Assembly (NCBI GenBank): GCA_038248385.1
Contig: JBBRXN010000003.1
Location: 34,223 to 98,222, forward strand
Direction: 5' to 3'
Origin: Bacteroidales bacterium
Lineage (GTDB): Bacteria > Bacteroidota > Bacteroidia > Bacteroidales > Prolixibacteraceae
Length of the DNA stretch: 64,000 nucleotides
The translations under genes and the position numbers were made by a program. This document shows positions 1 through 10,783 of this stretch, one piece after another; positions within the stretch are counted from its first letter, which is position 1, and the number at the start of each line of letters is the position of its first letter. Under the pieces are notes generated by a model, which was given only the letters and a program-made list of their open reading frames with translations, searched no databases and was not told the origin of the DNA.

Positions 1-869
1 ATTATCTCTGTACCTGCCGGAAAACTTCCCTGAATACCAAGCGTGCTTTTAAAATCTGGTTTCCATGGACCATAAAGGTAGTCTGATATCCACAGCATGG
101 GCCATGTGGGAACCGGCAAGTCCATTGATCCGTTAACCCATTCTGCTTTATAATGGGTCAGACCAAACGGATCGTAACAATGTATCGCCTGAGCGACATT
201 AGGTTCATCCTTAAGTGCAGTAATAATAGTTCGGCCATAATCCATTCCATCAACGAACACAATTCGGTTAGGGCTAATATTGTGAATAGCCTCAATAGCC
301 ATTTTCATAACCGATACATAAACAGGTTCAGTAACATTGCTGGGCTCATTCACGAGATTGAAACTCAGCTTGTCAGGTGCAATGGCTTTATATCTGTTGG
401 CAAAGAACGCCCAGTGTTTTACAAATGCTTTTTGGGCATCAACATCAGCCCAGAGATTTAGTTGCTGGTTGACCGGGAGTGTGGCCGAATTGACACAATA
501 ACCCGGGGCGCGGTGTAAATTAATACAAATATGTACTCCATATTTAATTCCATACTGTATCGCTTTATCAATCTTAACCACCTCTGCTTCAACAAAGTTG
601 TCCCAGTTTCCTGATTGTGTATAAGTTCTGTAATCCAAAGGAAGCCTGACAAAATTAAATCCCAGATTATGAATCATGCTGAACTCTGATTCAGGAAATC
701 CATTGTTGCTCCATGAAACATCAAATTTTCCAAGCAGATTAAAACCTTTTTTTTCAGAACAAAATTTAAATAGATCAGCAACAGGTTCATTCGGATCGTT
801 AGTTTGAGACCATCCGGTGAAACAAAGCAATAGAGCAAATTGGAAGAATAGAATTTTCTTTAGATTCAT
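1..869 (-). CDS. Secreted glycoside hydrolase family 5 (cellulase-like), 3' end beyond window edge
   Basis: Not in ORF track. Manual translation from ATG 869: MNLKKILFFQFALLLCFTGWSQ signal peptide, GFNFVRLPLDY, INLHRAPGY, FNLVNEP (GH5 acid/base motif), HCYDPF; frame open to position 1. Confidence 0.9.
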   Translation of the reverse strand, partial: MNLKKILFFQFALLLCFTGWSQTNDPNEPVADLFKFCSEKKGFNLLGKFDVSWSNNGFPESEFSMIHNLGFNFVRLPLDYRTYTQSGNWDNFVEAEVVKIDKAIQYGIKYGVHICINLHRAPGYCVNSATLPVNQQLNLWADVDAQKAFVKHWAFFANRYKAIAPDKLSFNLVNEPSNVTEPVYVSVMKMAIEAIHNISPNRIVFVDGMDYGRTIITALKDEPNVAQAIHCYDPFGLTHYKAEWVNGSMDLPVPTWPMLWISDYLYGPWKPDFKSTLGIQGSFPAGTEI

Positions 870-935
870 TTTTGTTGGTTTAGTATGCAATCCAAAATTT
901 TAATCGTAAAAAATATGGGTAGAAATATAGTAAAA

Positions 936-976
936 AAAAGAGGATTTCTAACGGCTTACCGACGAAATCCCCTTTT
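936..976 (-). terminator. Intrinsic terminator downstream of alaS
   Basis: AAAAGAGGATTTC...GAAATCCCCTTTT stem (1 mismatch) with A-tract giving a U-tail on the - strand. Confidence 0.65.
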
Positions 977-990
977 AGATTATTATCATA

Positions 991-1016
991 CCTATCAGGT
1001 TTTCAAAACTTGACAG
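991..1016. repeat. REP-like palindrome, CCTGTCAGGTTTT-AAAACCTGACAGG family (degenerate copy)
   Basis: CCTATCAGGTTTTCAAAACTTGACAG; related copy at 33618-33646. Confidence 0.55.
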
Positions 1017-1030
1017 CTCTCATGAATACG

Positions 1031-3649
1031 CTATTTCACAAACGATTTAGCTTTTTCAACAGCAGCAGATAGTCCCGAAAGGTCTTTACCACCAGCGGTT
1101 GCATAGAAAGCTTGTCCGCCGCCGCCGCCCTGCATTTCCCTGGCTGCTTCCCGTATGATGGTTCCGGCATTCAACCCTTTTTCAGCCACCAAATTTTCTG
1201 CAATCATGATGGTAATCGAAGGTTTTCCGCCAATGGCTGAACCCAGCGCAAGGAACAGATTGTCAACTTCGCCTTTTAACTGGAATGCCAGATCCTTCAC
1301 TGCTTGTGCAGAATCAAGCTGAATCACTTCAGCAATTACATTCACCCCATTGATTACCTGAATTTTATCCTTCAGTTCCTTTTTAATTCCTGAAGCTGCT
1401 TTGCGTTCGAATTCTTCAATTTGCTTTTGTAGCTGGCTATTCTGTGCCAACACATCTTCCACCGATTTTTTCAGGTTTTGGGTATTGTTGAGTAAACCTT
1501 TCACTTCAGTTAATTCATCCAAATGTTTTTTCACAAATTCTTCTGCCCGGTCAGCAGTGATTGCTTCCATACGACGAACTCCGGCTGAAATAGCACTTTC
1601 GGAAGTAATAATAAACGAACCAATTTGTCCGGTAGCCGGAACATGTGTTCCTCCACACAATTCAACTGAATCGCCAAATTTGATCACACGAACAAAGTCA
1701 CCGTATTTTTCACCGAAAAGTGCAATTGCTCCCAGTTCTTTGGCTTCATCAAAAGCAACTGAGCGATTTTCTTCGAGTACAAGGTTTTCGCGAATCAATT
1801 CATTAACGCGAGTCTGAATTTTATCCAGTTCTTCTTTGGTCACTTTCTGAAAATGAGAAAAGTCAAAACGCAGGTATTCACTATTTACCAGCGATCCCTT
1901 TTGCTCCACATGTGTTCCCAGCACTTCACGCAAAGCCTGGTCGAGCAGGTGTGTTGCAGTATGATTGTTCATTGTAAGCTTCCGTTTTGGACTATCAACC
2001 ACTGCATTGAAAACAGCAGATGGATTGTCGGGAAGCTTATTCGCTATGTGAATGGTAAGATTGTTCTCTTTTTGCGTATCCAGAATCCTGGTTCTGCATC
2101 CATCAGCCATGATATATCCGTTATCACCGGCTTGACCTCCGGATTCGCCGTAAAATGGTGTCTTATCAAATACCAGATGATAGAATTCCTTGTTTTTTTG
2201 AGTCACCTTGCGGTAACGTGAGATCGAAACTTCAGCTTCGAGTTGATCGTAACCAACAAACTCAACCTGTTCAATCTTTTTCAATTCTACCCAATCATCT
2301 GTTTCCTGAGCGGCAGCATTGCGCGAACGGCTTTTTTGTTTTTCCATTTCAACATTGAACCCTGCTTCATCAACCGAATAACCTTTTTCCCGAAGGATCA
2401 GGCTGGTCAAATCAAATGGAAAACCGAAAGTATCATAGAGTGTAAAAGCAGCCTCACCGCCAATTTCAGTCTTACCTTCTATTTTTGCTTTGGCAACCAA
2501 CTCATCCAACAATCGAATACCCGTTTCAAGTGTCCGTAGGAACGATTCTTCCTCTTCCCTGATTACATTTTCAATTAAACCCTGTTGAGACACCAATTCC
2601 GGAAAAGCATCGCCCATTTGGGCTTTGAGCACTTCAACCAATTTATAAATAAATGGTTCCTTGAATCCAAGGAAAGTATAACCGTATCGGACAGCACGAC
2701 GCAAGATGCGGCGAATAACATATCCGGCTTTGTTGTTCGAGGGCAGTTGTCCGTCAGCAATTGAGAATGAAATAGCACGCAAATGATCCGCAATAACACG
2801 CATCGCAATATCTGCCTGAAGGTTTTCACCGTATTTTTTGTTGCTGAGGCTGGCAATTTTTTCAATAGTTGTCTGAAAAACATCGGTATCGTAGTTCGAT
2901 TTTTTGTTTTGCACCACCATGCACAAACGTTCGAAACCCATGCCAGTATCAACATGTTTGTCCGGAAGTTCTTCGAGCCTTCCGTCGGCCTTACGGTTAA
3001 ACTGAATAAAAACAAGGTTCCAGATTTCGATTACCAACGGATTGTCTTTGTTTACATGATCTTGCCCGGGACTTTTTGCACGTTCATCGTCATCACGTAA
3101 ATCAACATGTATTTCAGAACATGGGCCACAAGGGCCGGTATCTCCCATTTCCCAGAAGTTGTCTTTTTTGCTTCCGTTTATAATCCGGTCAGCAGGCAAA
3201 TATTTTCTCCATAAATTGAAAGCCTCATTGTCGCGTTCCAGTTTATCATCGGCACTTCCTTCAAAAACGGAAGCATACATTCGGTCAGCCGGAATTTTAA
3301 GTACATCGTGCAATAATTCCCAGGCCCAATTGATGGCATCTTCCTTGAAATAATCACCAAACGACCAGTTGCCCAACATTTCGAACATGGTATGGTGATA
3401 GGTATCATGACCTACTTCTTCCAAATCGTTGTGCTTTCCTGATACCCTCAAACATTTTTGAGTATCGGCCACACGTAAACTATTTGCAGGCTGATTGCCC
3501 AGAAAAATATCCTTGAATTGGTTCATCCCTGCATTGGTAAACATCAATGTCGGATCGTTTTTTACAACCATCGGAGCCGAGTTCACAATCTGATGTTCCT
3601 TGCCGGCAAAAAAATCTAAAAATGCCTTTCTTATCTCCTTCGAGTCCAT
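1031..3649 (-). CDS. alaS: Alanine--tRNA ligase
   Basis: [40 protein letters not shown] editing motif, ELCGGTHV, C-terminal GGGGG DHHA1. Confidence 0.99.
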   Translation of the reverse strand: MDSKEIRKAFLDFFAGKEHQIVNSAPMVVKNDPTLMFTNAGMNQFKDIFLGNQPANSLRVADTQKCLRVSGKHNDLEEVGHDTYHHTMFEMLGNWSFGDYFKEDAINWAWELLHDVLKIPADRMYASVFEGSADDKLERDNEAFNLWRKYLPADRIINGSKKDNFWEMGDTGPCGPCSEIHVDLRDDDERAKSPGQDHVNKDNPLVIEIWNLVFIQFNRKADGRLEELPDKHVDTGMGFERLCMVVQNKKSNYDTDVFQTTIEKIASLSNKKYGENLQADIAMRVIADHLRAISFSIADGQLPSNNKAGYVIRRILRRAVRYGYTFLGFKEPFIYKLVEVLKAQMGDAFPELVSQQGLIENVIREEEESFLRTLETGIRLLDELVAKAKIEGKTEIGGEAAFTLYDTFGFPFDLTSLILREKGYSVDEAGFNVEMEKQKSRSRNAAAQETDDWVELKKIEQVEFVGYDQLEAEVSISRYRKVTQKNKEFYHLVFDKTPFYGESGGQAGDNGYIMADGCRTRILDTQKENNLTIHIANKLPDNPSAVFNAVVDSPKRKLTMNNHTATHLLDQALREVLGTHVEQKGSLVNSEYLRFDFSHFQKVTKEELDKIQTRVNELIRENLVLEENRSVAFDEAKELGAIALFGEKYGDFVRVIKFGDSVELCGGTHVPATGQIGSFIITSESAISAGVRRMEAITADRAEEFVKKHLDELTEVKGLLNNTQNLKKSVEDVLAQNSQLQKQIEEFERKAASGIKKELKDKIQVINGVNVIAEVIQLDSAQAVKDLAFQLKGEVDNLFLALGSAIGGKPSITIMIAENLVAEKGLNAGTIIREAAREMQGGGGGQAFYATAGGKDLSGLSAAVEKAKSFVK

Positions 3650-3740
3650 TTCTGCTAATCTTTAAATAATTTGATTCCTATAAAATTTGTTAAAAAATCC
3701 TGTCAAACTGAAGCATGTTATTTATTTTCAATGAAAACAG

Positions 3741-3787
3741 TAGCTTTGCTGCCTGTAAACCGGAATTTTCAAAATCTTGCAAAGTTA
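3741..3787. promoter_or_regulatory. Overlapping divergent Bacteroidota housekeeping promoters (-7 elements)
   Basis: TAGCTTTG on + (3741-3748, towards M23 gene) and TAACTTTG on - (3787-3780, towards alaS); both fit TAnnTTTG. Confidence 0.55.
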
Positions 3788-3843
3788 GATTAATTACTTA
3801 AATTTGTTTCTGCTCGAAAAATGAATTCCATAAACCCTGTTTA

Positions 3844-4815
3844 ATGGCGAAAGTCAAGTACAGATTTAATGCTCACACACTTAGCTACGATAAGATCGTA
3901 ATAAGTCTAAAAACGAAAATAAAGCGGTTCCTGGCCTTATTTTCAACTACTCTGGTTACTGCTGTATTGGTTGCAGTAGGAATTCTTCAATTTTACGAAT
4001 CGCCCAGAATGCGTACGCTGCACAAGGAAAACGAACGTCTTCTGACTCAGTATCAATTACTATATAAGGACTTGGGTAATGTCGAAAAAACACTCGACGA
4101 AATTGAGCAGCGCGATAACAATTTATACCGGGTTATCTTCGAAAGTGATCCGATTCCATCGACCATCCGTAAAGCCGGATTTGGTGGTGTAAACAGGTAT
4201 TCTCAGCTCGAATCTTTTGATAATTCAGAACTGGTAATCAAAACTGCGATGAAACTTGATATCCTTTCTAAACAGGCTTATATTCAGGCAAAATCTTACG
4301 ACGAGGTTTTACAATTGGCGTTAAACAAAGAGAAACTCATTTCAAGCATGCCGGCCATTATGCCCATTTCAAACAAGTCGCTGAAAAGCACTGCTTCAGG
4401 ATGGGGATACCGATTTCATCCGATTTATAAAATCAACCAGTTCCATTATGGAATGGACTTTACTGCATCAATTGGCACAAAAGTATATGCAACCGGTGAT
4501 GGTGTGGTAAAAGATGTTCAATCCATTGGTGGTGGCTATGGTAAATTTATTGTGTTAGATCACGGCTTTGGTTATCAAACATTGTATGGTCACATGAGCG
4601 GATTCACTGTTAAAATCGGAGATCAGGTAAAACGTGGAAATGTTATCGGATTTGTTGGTAATTCAGGAACATCAACCGGGCCTCATGTTCATTACGAAGT
4701 ACACAAAAACGGTACTCCGGTCAATCCGCAATACTATTATTTCAAGGATTTAAATGCCCAGGAATACGAAAAAATGGTTACCATATCATCTAATATTGGT
4801 CAAACTTTCGATTAA
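3844..4815 (+). CDS. M23 family metallopeptidase
   Basis: N-terminal TM anchor and coiled coil; HYGMDF (HxxxD) and GPHVHYEV (HxH) motifs. Confidence 0.95.
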   Translation: MAKVKYRFNAHTLSYDKIVISLKTKIKRFLALFSTTLVTAVLVAVGILQFYESPRMRTLHKENERLLTQYQLLYKDLGNVEKTLDEIEQRDNNLYRVIFESDPIPSTIRKAGFGGVNRYSQLESFDNSELVIKTAMKLDILSKQAYIQAKSYDEVLQLALNKEKLISSMPAIMPISNKSLKSTASGWGYRFHPIYKINQFHYGMDFTASIGTKVYATGDGVVKDVQSIGGGYGKFIVLDHGFGYQTLYGHMSGFTVKIGDQVKRGNVIGFVGNSGTSTGPHVHYEVHKNGTPVNPQYYYFKDLNAQEYEKMVTISSNIGQTFD

Positions 4816-4826
4816 AAATAAACGCT

Positions 4827-5162
4827 GTGCCATACAAAAAGCCAAAAATTGAGAAAGTTTTTTATTCTATCGGTGAAGTTGCTGATTTGTTTGGAGTAAA
4901 CACTTCAAATATTCGTTTCTGGGAAAATGAGTTTGACATACTGAAGCCGCACAAGAATAATAAAGGCAACCGCATGTTTACAAAAGAAGACATCGAAAAC
5001 CTGAAAATCATATATCACCTGCTCAAAGAAAGGGGAATGACCATCAAGGGAGCTCAGAAAAAACTGAAAGAAAACAAAGAAGACACGCTTCAGAATTACG
5101 AAATAGTCAGCAGGTTACAGGAAGTCAGGCAACAGTTAATTGATATTAAAGAAGAGTTATAA
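4827..5162 (+). CDS. MerR family transcriptional regulator
   Basis: GTG start; YSIGEVADLFGVNTSNIRFWE MerR HTH, GNRMFT. Confidence 0.92.
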   Translation: MPYKKPKIEKVFYSIGEVADLFGVNTSNIRFWENEFDILKPHKNNKGNRMFTKEDIENLKIIYHLLKERGMTIKGAQKKLKENKEDTLQNYEIVSRLQEVRQQLIDIKEEL

Positions 5163-6260
5163 ATGACTATAAAGGAAATCACTCAATATCTCGAATCCAT
5201 TGCCCCGCTTTCATTTCAGGAATCGTATGATAATTCAGGGCTGATTATCGGCAACCCGGAGGATGAAATTTCAGGAATATTGATTACGCTGGATATTACC
5301 GAAGATATTCTGGATGAAGCGATCCGAAAAAATCTGAACCTGATTATTTCCCATCATCCGATCATTTTTAGCGGATTAAAAAAGCTGAACGGGAAAAATT
5401 ATATTGAACGCTGCGTAACCAAAGCTATCAAGAATGATATTGCTATTTACGCAGCCCACACAAATATAGACGGAGTTTTCGGAGGTGTGAACAGCAAGAT
5501 TTGCGAGAAACTTCAGTTGCAGAATTGCCGGATGCTGATCCCAATGCAGAACTTCCTTAAAAAACTGGTAACCTTTGTTCCTGTTGCAGATGCTGAAAAA
5601 GTCAGGAAAGCATTGTTTGAAGCAGGGGCCGGGAATATCGGAAATTACGATTCATGCAGTTTCAACCAAAATGGTTCAGGTAGTTTTAAAGGAAATGACC
5701 AAACCAATCCTTATGTCGGAGAAAGAAATCAGCTTCATTTTGAGGAAGAAACGCGCATTGAAACAATTTTTCCAAAACACATTCAACATAAAGTCATTCA
5801 AGCACTTCAGAAGTCTCATCCTTACGAGGAAGTTGCCTACGATATTTATCCGCTCGACAATGATTTCACACAAGGAGGAACGGGAATGATCGGAGAACTT
5901 GCTAAACCAATGGGGGAATTGAAATTTCTCCAAAACCTGAAAGAAAAATTCAACTGTCAGGTAATAAAACACACGCAATTATTGGGGAAACCCATCCGGA
6001 AAGTGGCGGTTTGCGGTGGTTCAGGAAGTAGTTTCCTGAATAAGGCCATCGCACAGAATGCAGATATTTTTATTTCAGGAGATTTTAAATACCACCAGTT
6101 TTTTGACGCCGAACAACAAATAATAATTGCTGATATCGGTCATTACGAAAGTGAACAATTCACTAAAGAAGTTTTTTATGAATTACTTACAAAAAAATTC
6201 CCTAAATTTGCAGTCCATTTATCGGAAATAAGCACAAACCCTGTAAATTATCTGATTTAA
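5163..6260 (+). CDS. Nif3-like dinuclear metal centre hexameric protein
   Basis: QESYDNSGL, ISHHPIIF, AHTNID, PII-like insert (HPYEEVAYD), GHYESE. Confidence 0.95.
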   Translation: MTIKEITQYLESIAPLSFQESYDNSGLIIGNPEDEISGILITLDITEDILDEAIRKNLNLIISHHPIIFSGLKKLNGKNYIERCVTKAIKNDIAIYAAHTNIDGVFGGVNSKICEKLQLQNCRMLIPMQNFLKKLVTFVPVADAEKVRKALFEAGAGNIGNYDSCSFNQNGSGSFKGNDQTNPYVGERNQLHFEEETRIETIFPKHIQHKVIQALQKSHPYEEVAYDIYPLDNDFTQGGTGMIGELAKPMGELKFLQNLKEKFNCQVIKHTQLLGKPIRKVAVCGGSGSSFLNKAIAQNADIFISGDFKYHQFFDAEQQIIIADIGHYESEQFTKEVFYELLTKKFPKFAVHLSEISTNPVNYLI

Positions 6261-6280
6261 AAAGTTAAACAATTATAAGT

Positions 6281-7054
6281 ATGAACACCTACGTTAGAGA
6301 CGAAAATAAAAGTGTGCCAATCAGTTCAAAGCTTAGAGCGCTTTACGAACTGCAAAATGTTGTTTCTGATATCGACAAATTCAAAACCCTCCGTGGCGAA
6401 TTGCCTTTGGAAGTGCAGGATTTGGAAGATGAAATCACCGGTTTAAAAACCCGCGTAAGCAATTACGAAGATGACATTAAAGATCTGGAAACAGCTGTTC
6501 ACAATAAAAAAGCTGCCATAAAAGAATCAGAATTGCTAATCGCAAAATACACCGAACAGCAAAACAATGTTCGCAACAACCGCGAATTCGACTCTTTAAG
6601 CAAAGAAATGGAATTTCAGAAGCTTGAAATGGAATTATCGGAGAAACGTATTCGTGAATTCACCATCGAGCTTAACAGCAAAAAAGAATCTATTGGTTCT
6701 TCAGCAGGGCTTTTAAAAGAACGTCTTGAAGATTTGGACCGCAAACAACGCGAACTGGAAGAAATTACAGCAGAAACCCAGATTGAAGAAGAAAGATTAA
6801 AAGCCAAATCTGAAAAAATTGAAAGCAATATTGAAGCACGTTTGCTGACCGCTTTCAAACGCATCCGTAAAAATGCACGCAACGGGCTGGCTGTTGTAAC
6901 CGTTCAACGTGATGCTTGCGGTGGTTGTTTCAACAAAATTCCGCCACAGCGACAGATGGATATCGCATCGCGCAAAAAAGTAATCGTTTGCGAATACTGC
7001 GGCCGTATCCTGGTTGACAAAGACATTCTCGATCAAATCGAAACAGTTGAATAA
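6281..7054 (+). CDS. C4-type zinc ribbon domain protein (DUF164, coiled coil)
   Basis: Long coiled coil followed by CGGC...CEYCGRIL. Confidence 0.93.
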   Translation: MNTYVRDENKSVPISSKLRALYELQNVVSDIDKFKTLRGELPLEVQDLEDEITGLKTRVSNYEDDIKDLETAVHNKKAAIKESELLIAKYTEQQNNVRNNREFDSLSKEMEFQKLEMELSEKRIREFTIELNSKKESIGSSAGLLKERLEDLDRKQRELEEITAETQIEEERLKAKSEKIESNIEARLLTAFKRIRKNARNGLAVVTVQRDACGGCFNKIPPQRQMDIASRKKVIVCEYCGRILVDKDILDQIETVE

Positions 7055-7073
7055 ACATTATTAAAATACGAGA

Positions 7074-7100
7074 AAAAGTCGGCTACATGTCGGCTTTTTT
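7074..7100 (+). terminator. Intrinsic terminator
   Basis: AAAAGTCGGC-TACAT-GTCGGCTTTTTT hairpin with G-U pairs and T-tract. Confidence 0.6.
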
Positions 7101-7121
7101 TATTTATTTTGGTTTTCTGTC

Positions 7122-8711
7122 ATGTCGTTGAAAATGGATATAAACTACCCCTGGAAAAATCTATTCTATTACGCTTCAGTTTTCCTGTTTGCTGTATCGC
7201 TGCCTTTTTCAGAATTTATGATCAGCTTAAGTTCAATTCTCCTCTTTCTAAGTAGTTTGCTTACCGGACATTTTCATGAAAAATGGGAGAAACTTAAAAG
7301 CCAACCTGCTGCATTACTCCTTATATCAATCTTTTTTGTTTACGTTGTCGGGGCCTTTTTTACACGTGACCAATCGCTGGCCTTATACGAACTGCAAAAA
7401 ACTGCTTTTATCCTGATCGTTCCCCTTAGTATTTCGATCGGTCCGCGTATCGAAATTAAGCTGTTTCGGAAAATTTTATATTCATTTTTGGCAGCGCTGA
7501 ATCTTGCCTCACTAATAGCTCTTGTCCGACTGATTTTCAGAAACCAATTCGACATAAACGATATTTGGGAAATCTTGTTCGTCTCGCACATTGGCTTTAG
7601 TTTTCAGCTGCTTCTCGGCATTTCGATCCTTATTTACGAACTATCCATTAACCATTCTATACGTAAAAATTTACGATATCTTCTGATTGCGGACATTCTG
7701 TTCCTGATTCTATTCTTGTTTATTTTGAAATCTCTCACAGGACTGGCAACCTTTGCTTTCCTTCTCGTCATCCATCTCTTTTTTATTGTCCGGAAAATAA
7801 AAATTCGCAAATGGAGAATAATTGCATGGATCGTATTACCACTTATGATTCTGGGAGGATTTTCCTATCTCGGATGGTGCGTTCATCGGTTTTATGAAAC
7901 AGAAACTATTGACTTAGGCAAATTGCCGGAAAAAACTCAAAGCGGGCATCCATACCAACACGATATCGATAACAAATTAATTGAAAATGGTCATTTTGTA
8001 GGTCTCTTCGTATGCGAGGAAGAACTGAAACAAAGTTGGGAACAACGATCAGTGCTGGCTTACAACCAAATTGACCAGAACGGATTTCCGGTTTCTGTAA
8101 CCCTGGTACGCTACCTTACTTCAAAAGGCCTGACTAAAGATTCAGCCGGAATGTCAAAACTACTTCCTGAAGACATTGATTTTGTGGAAAAAGGAATTGC
8201 CAACTATATTTACACACAACGATTTTTATCGCTCTATCCCCGCATTTATCAAACAATTTGGGAATTGGACGTCTATTTCAAAACCGGCGATCCGAACCTG
8301 AAATCGCTGGCCAAACGGATAGAATTTGAAAAAGCTGCATTCACCATCATCCGTGAACATCCTTTTTTTGGCGTTGGAACCGGAAACTGGAAGCAAGCTT
8401 TTGTTGATGCCTATCAGAAAAATAAATCACAGCTTGAACCCGTGCAGTATGGCAGTTCGCACAATCAATATTTGAACTACCTGGTAAAATTCGGAATTCC
8501 GGGATTTCTATGGATTATGTTTGCATGGATATATCCATTGTTCCTGACAAACAAACATCGTTTTTATCCTGCGGTAATGCTGCTGTTGATTATGGGTATT
8601 GCCAACTTTTCTGATTCGAATCTTGAAGCACACATGGGGATCAGCTTCTTTATATTCTTTTACAGCCTTTTCCTGTTCAGCGAAACAAAACTACCAGCTC
8701 CTGAAAAATGA
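7122..8711 (+). CDS. O-antigen ligase (Wzy_C) family membrane protein
   Basis: Multi-TM; RIEFEKAAFTIIREHPFFGVGTG and HNQYLNYLVKFGIPG motifs. Confidence 0.85.
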   Translation: MSLKMDINYPWKNLFYYASVFLFAVSLPFSEFMISLSSILLFLSSLLTGHFHEKWEKLKSQPAALLLISIFFVYVVGAFFTRDQSLALYELQKTAFILIVPLSISIGPRIEIKLFRKILYSFLAALNLASLIALVRLIFRNQFDINDIWEILFVSHIGFSFQLLLGISILIYELSINHSIRKNLRYLLIADILFLILFLFILKSLTGLATFAFLLVIHLFFIVRKIKIRKWRIIAWIVLPLMILGGFSYLGWCVHRFYETETIDLGKLPEKTQSGHPYQHDIDNKLIENGHFVGLFVCEEELKQSWEQRSVLAYNQIDQNGFPVSVTLVRYLTSKGLTKDSAGMSKLLPEDIDFVEKGIANYIYTQRFLSLYPRIYQTIWELDVYFKTGDPNLKSLAKRIEFEKAAFTIIREHPFFGVGTGNWKQAFVDAYQKNKSQLEPVQYGSSHNQYLNYLVKFGIPGFLWIMFAWIYPLFLTNKHRFYPAVMLLLIMGIANFSDSNLEAHMGISFFIFFYSLFLFSETKLPAPEK

Positions 8712-9487
8712 AGATAAGCCTGATAATTGCCACTTACAATAAGCCTGAATACCTGTTCCAATGTTTGCTTAGCATCACCGAACTAAAGGAATTTCCGGAT
8801 GAAATAATTGTGGCCGACGATGGTTCAGGAGAAGAGACGGCTCAGTTGATCGAACAATTCAAAACCCGGTTCAAAGTTCCGTTTATTCATGTCAGACAGG
8901 AAGATGATGGTTATCGGCTGTCACGAAGCAGGAATAACGGGCTGTTAAAAAGCACCGGCGATTACCTGATTTTTATTGACGACGACCTCATTCTTCACCC
9001 AAGGTTCATCACCGATCATCGGAATTATGCAGAACGAAGTTGTTTCTATTGCGGAACAAGAGTCCGGCTTGGTCCGAACAAAACGGCTGCCATTATGGGG
9101 AACCACCGAAACCATATTTCATTCTGGGAAAGCGATCTTCAGTCAAGGTTGAATACCATCCGGATTCCTTTTCTGCACAAAATTATTACCGGCCCGAATT
9201 ACACTTATAAACGCCTGAGAGGTTGCCATTTGGCTTTCTGGAAGGAAGACCTGATAAAAATAAACGGTTTTGATGAGAGATATACCAGCTGGGGGCGCGA
9301 AGATTCGGATATTGCCATGCGCATGATGCATGCCGGATTTAAACGCATTAACCTTAAATGGGCGGCTTTATGCTATCATTTAAACCATCCTGTAAAAGAA
9401 ATAACCTCAAAAAACACAAATATGCTCTTTGAGGTTATCAGGAATAAATCTATCCGTTCACAAATCGGAATTGATCAACACAATTAA
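8708..9487 (+). CDS. Glycosyltransferase family 2
   Basis: ISLIIATYN, ADDGS, DYLIFIDDD, GFDERYTSWGREDSD; ATGA overlap with upstream gene. Confidence 0.95.
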   Translation: MKISLIIATYNKPEYLFQCLLSITELKEFPDEIIVADDGSGEETAQLIEQFKTRFKVPFIHVRQEDDGYRLSRSRNNGLLKSTGDYLIFIDDDLILHPRFITDHRNYAERSCFYCGTRVRLGPNKTAAIMGNHRNHISFWESDLQSRLNTIRIPFLHKIITGPNYTYKRLRGCHLAFWKEDLIKINGFDERYTSWGREDSDIAMRMMHAGFKRINLKWAALCYHLNHPVKEITSKNTNMLFEVIRNKSIRSQIGIDQHN

Positions 9488-9526
9488 ATTTTACTGGCTT
9501 CTAACGGTAGCTGAGCTTGTCGAAGC

Positions 9527-10327
9527 TTACCAGCTTCCGCCGGCGCCACCACCGCCGAAGCTTCCGCCGCCGAAGCCGCCAAAACCTCCGCCACCGCCTC
9601 CACCAAAGCCGCCGCCTCCTCCTGAAAATCCACCGTAGGAACCACTTCCTCTGCTACTTCCCATCAAACCCATTGCGACCCAGAAAGGCAAACTGCTGCC
9701 CCCGTTATAATGACGACCGCGACCTCCTTTGAAAAGGGAAACCAAAATGATGATGACCATTATGACAATGAAGAAACCGCCACCACCTTTAGACTTCTTT
9801 TCAGCTTGTTGCTGGTATTCCTGAGCGGTATATTCCTGAGCAGCCAGGCTCATTAAAACTTTTGTTCCGGCCTGCAATCCACCGTAAATATCATTTTCCT
9901 TAAACCGTGGAATCATTTCATTATTCACCACCAACCGGTTGGCCACCGCATCCGGGATAATCCCTTCAAGGCCATAGCCAACGGCGACAAAAACTTCACC
10001 CCTTTCATTGCCGATCTTCGGTTTAAAAATAATCACAATGCCGTTGTTTTTATCCTTACTTCCAACTCCCCATTTCTCACCCAATTTGAATGCGAAATCA
10101 GATTTTTCGGTACCATTCAGACTTGGAACTGTCACAATGGTAATCTGAGTAGTGGTTGACCGAGAAAATTGAACGAGTTCCGATTCCAGTTGCCGTTCCT
10201 CCTGATTCGTCAGTACATTAGCCAGATCGTTAACCAACCTCGGTGGATTGGGACGATCAGGAATTTCCTGAGCATAAACCGAAAAAATAAAAATGGAAAG
10301 AAATATCGTCAGTAACAATTGCTTCAT
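9527..10327 (-). CDS. TPM domain protein with TM helix and Gly-rich tail
   Basis: RLVNDLANVL, WGVGSKDKNNGIV, VGYGLEG, GGGSFGGGGAGGSW tail. Confidence 0.93.
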   Translation of the reverse strand: MKQLLLTIFLSIFIFSVYAQEIPDRPNPPRLVNDLANVLTNQEERQLESELVQFSRSTTTQITIVTVPSLNGTEKSDFAFKLGEKWGVGSKDKNNGIVIIFKPKIGNERGEVFVAVGYGLEGIIPDAVANRLVVNNEMIPRFKENDIYGGLQAGTKVLMSLAAQEYTAQEYQQQAEKKSKGGGGFFIVIMVIIILVSLFKGGRGRHYNGGSSLPFWVAMGLMGSSRGSGSYGGFSGGGGGFGGGGGGGFGGFGGGSFGGGGAGGSW

Positions 10328-10329
10328 GA

Positions 10330-10773
10330 TTATAAGTTTTTATTGAAGGAAATCTCATCCGACAGTTCGTTTATATCTTCTTTCTGATAAGGGAAATTGG
10401 CTTTTAATTGCTCGCCTGCCATCAGGATTCCTTTTGATAGTCCGTCGGTAAATCTATCCTCTTTAAAGTACTCAAGCATGGTTTCCTTTATTTGGTCCCA
10501 GAAATCGGCAGGAACCAACTGATTAATCCCGGCATCGCCCAGAATAGCGAATTTATGATCGTGTACAGCCAGATAAAACAAAACGCCATTCCGTTGAGCC
10601 GTTTTATGAATCTCCAGTTTTTCAAAAACATAAGCAGCACGATCTAATACATCTATTTTGCAATAGCCTTCAACGTGTAACTTTATTTCTCCTGAGGTAT
10701 TCAATTCAGCTTCAGCAATGGCATCTGTAATCTGCTTCTTTTCTTCTTTACTGAAAAAATTTTCGACTGACAT
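10330..10773 (-). CDS. TPM domain protein (DUF477/5130-like)
   Basis: Start moved to MSVENFFSKEE (ATG 10773); AELNTSGEI, RNGVLFYLA, DINELSDEIS. Confidence 0.88.
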   Translation of the reverse strand: MSVENFFSKEEKKQITDAIAEAELNTSGEIKLHVEGYCKIDVLDRAAYVFEKLEIHKTAQRNGVLFYLAVHDHKFAILGDAGINQLVPADFWDQIKETMLEYFKEDRFTDGLSKGILMAGEQLKANFPYQKEDINELSDEISFNKNL

Positions 10774-10783
10774 TGTTTCCTGT

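Noticed and set aside
153-652. ORF-track ORFs 153..461 (+) and 458..652 (-)
   Set aside because: Antisense and alternative-frame shadows of the GH5 gene
9429-9732. Pro-rich and Arg-rich ORFs on +
   Set aside because: Antisense of the Gly-rich TPM tail
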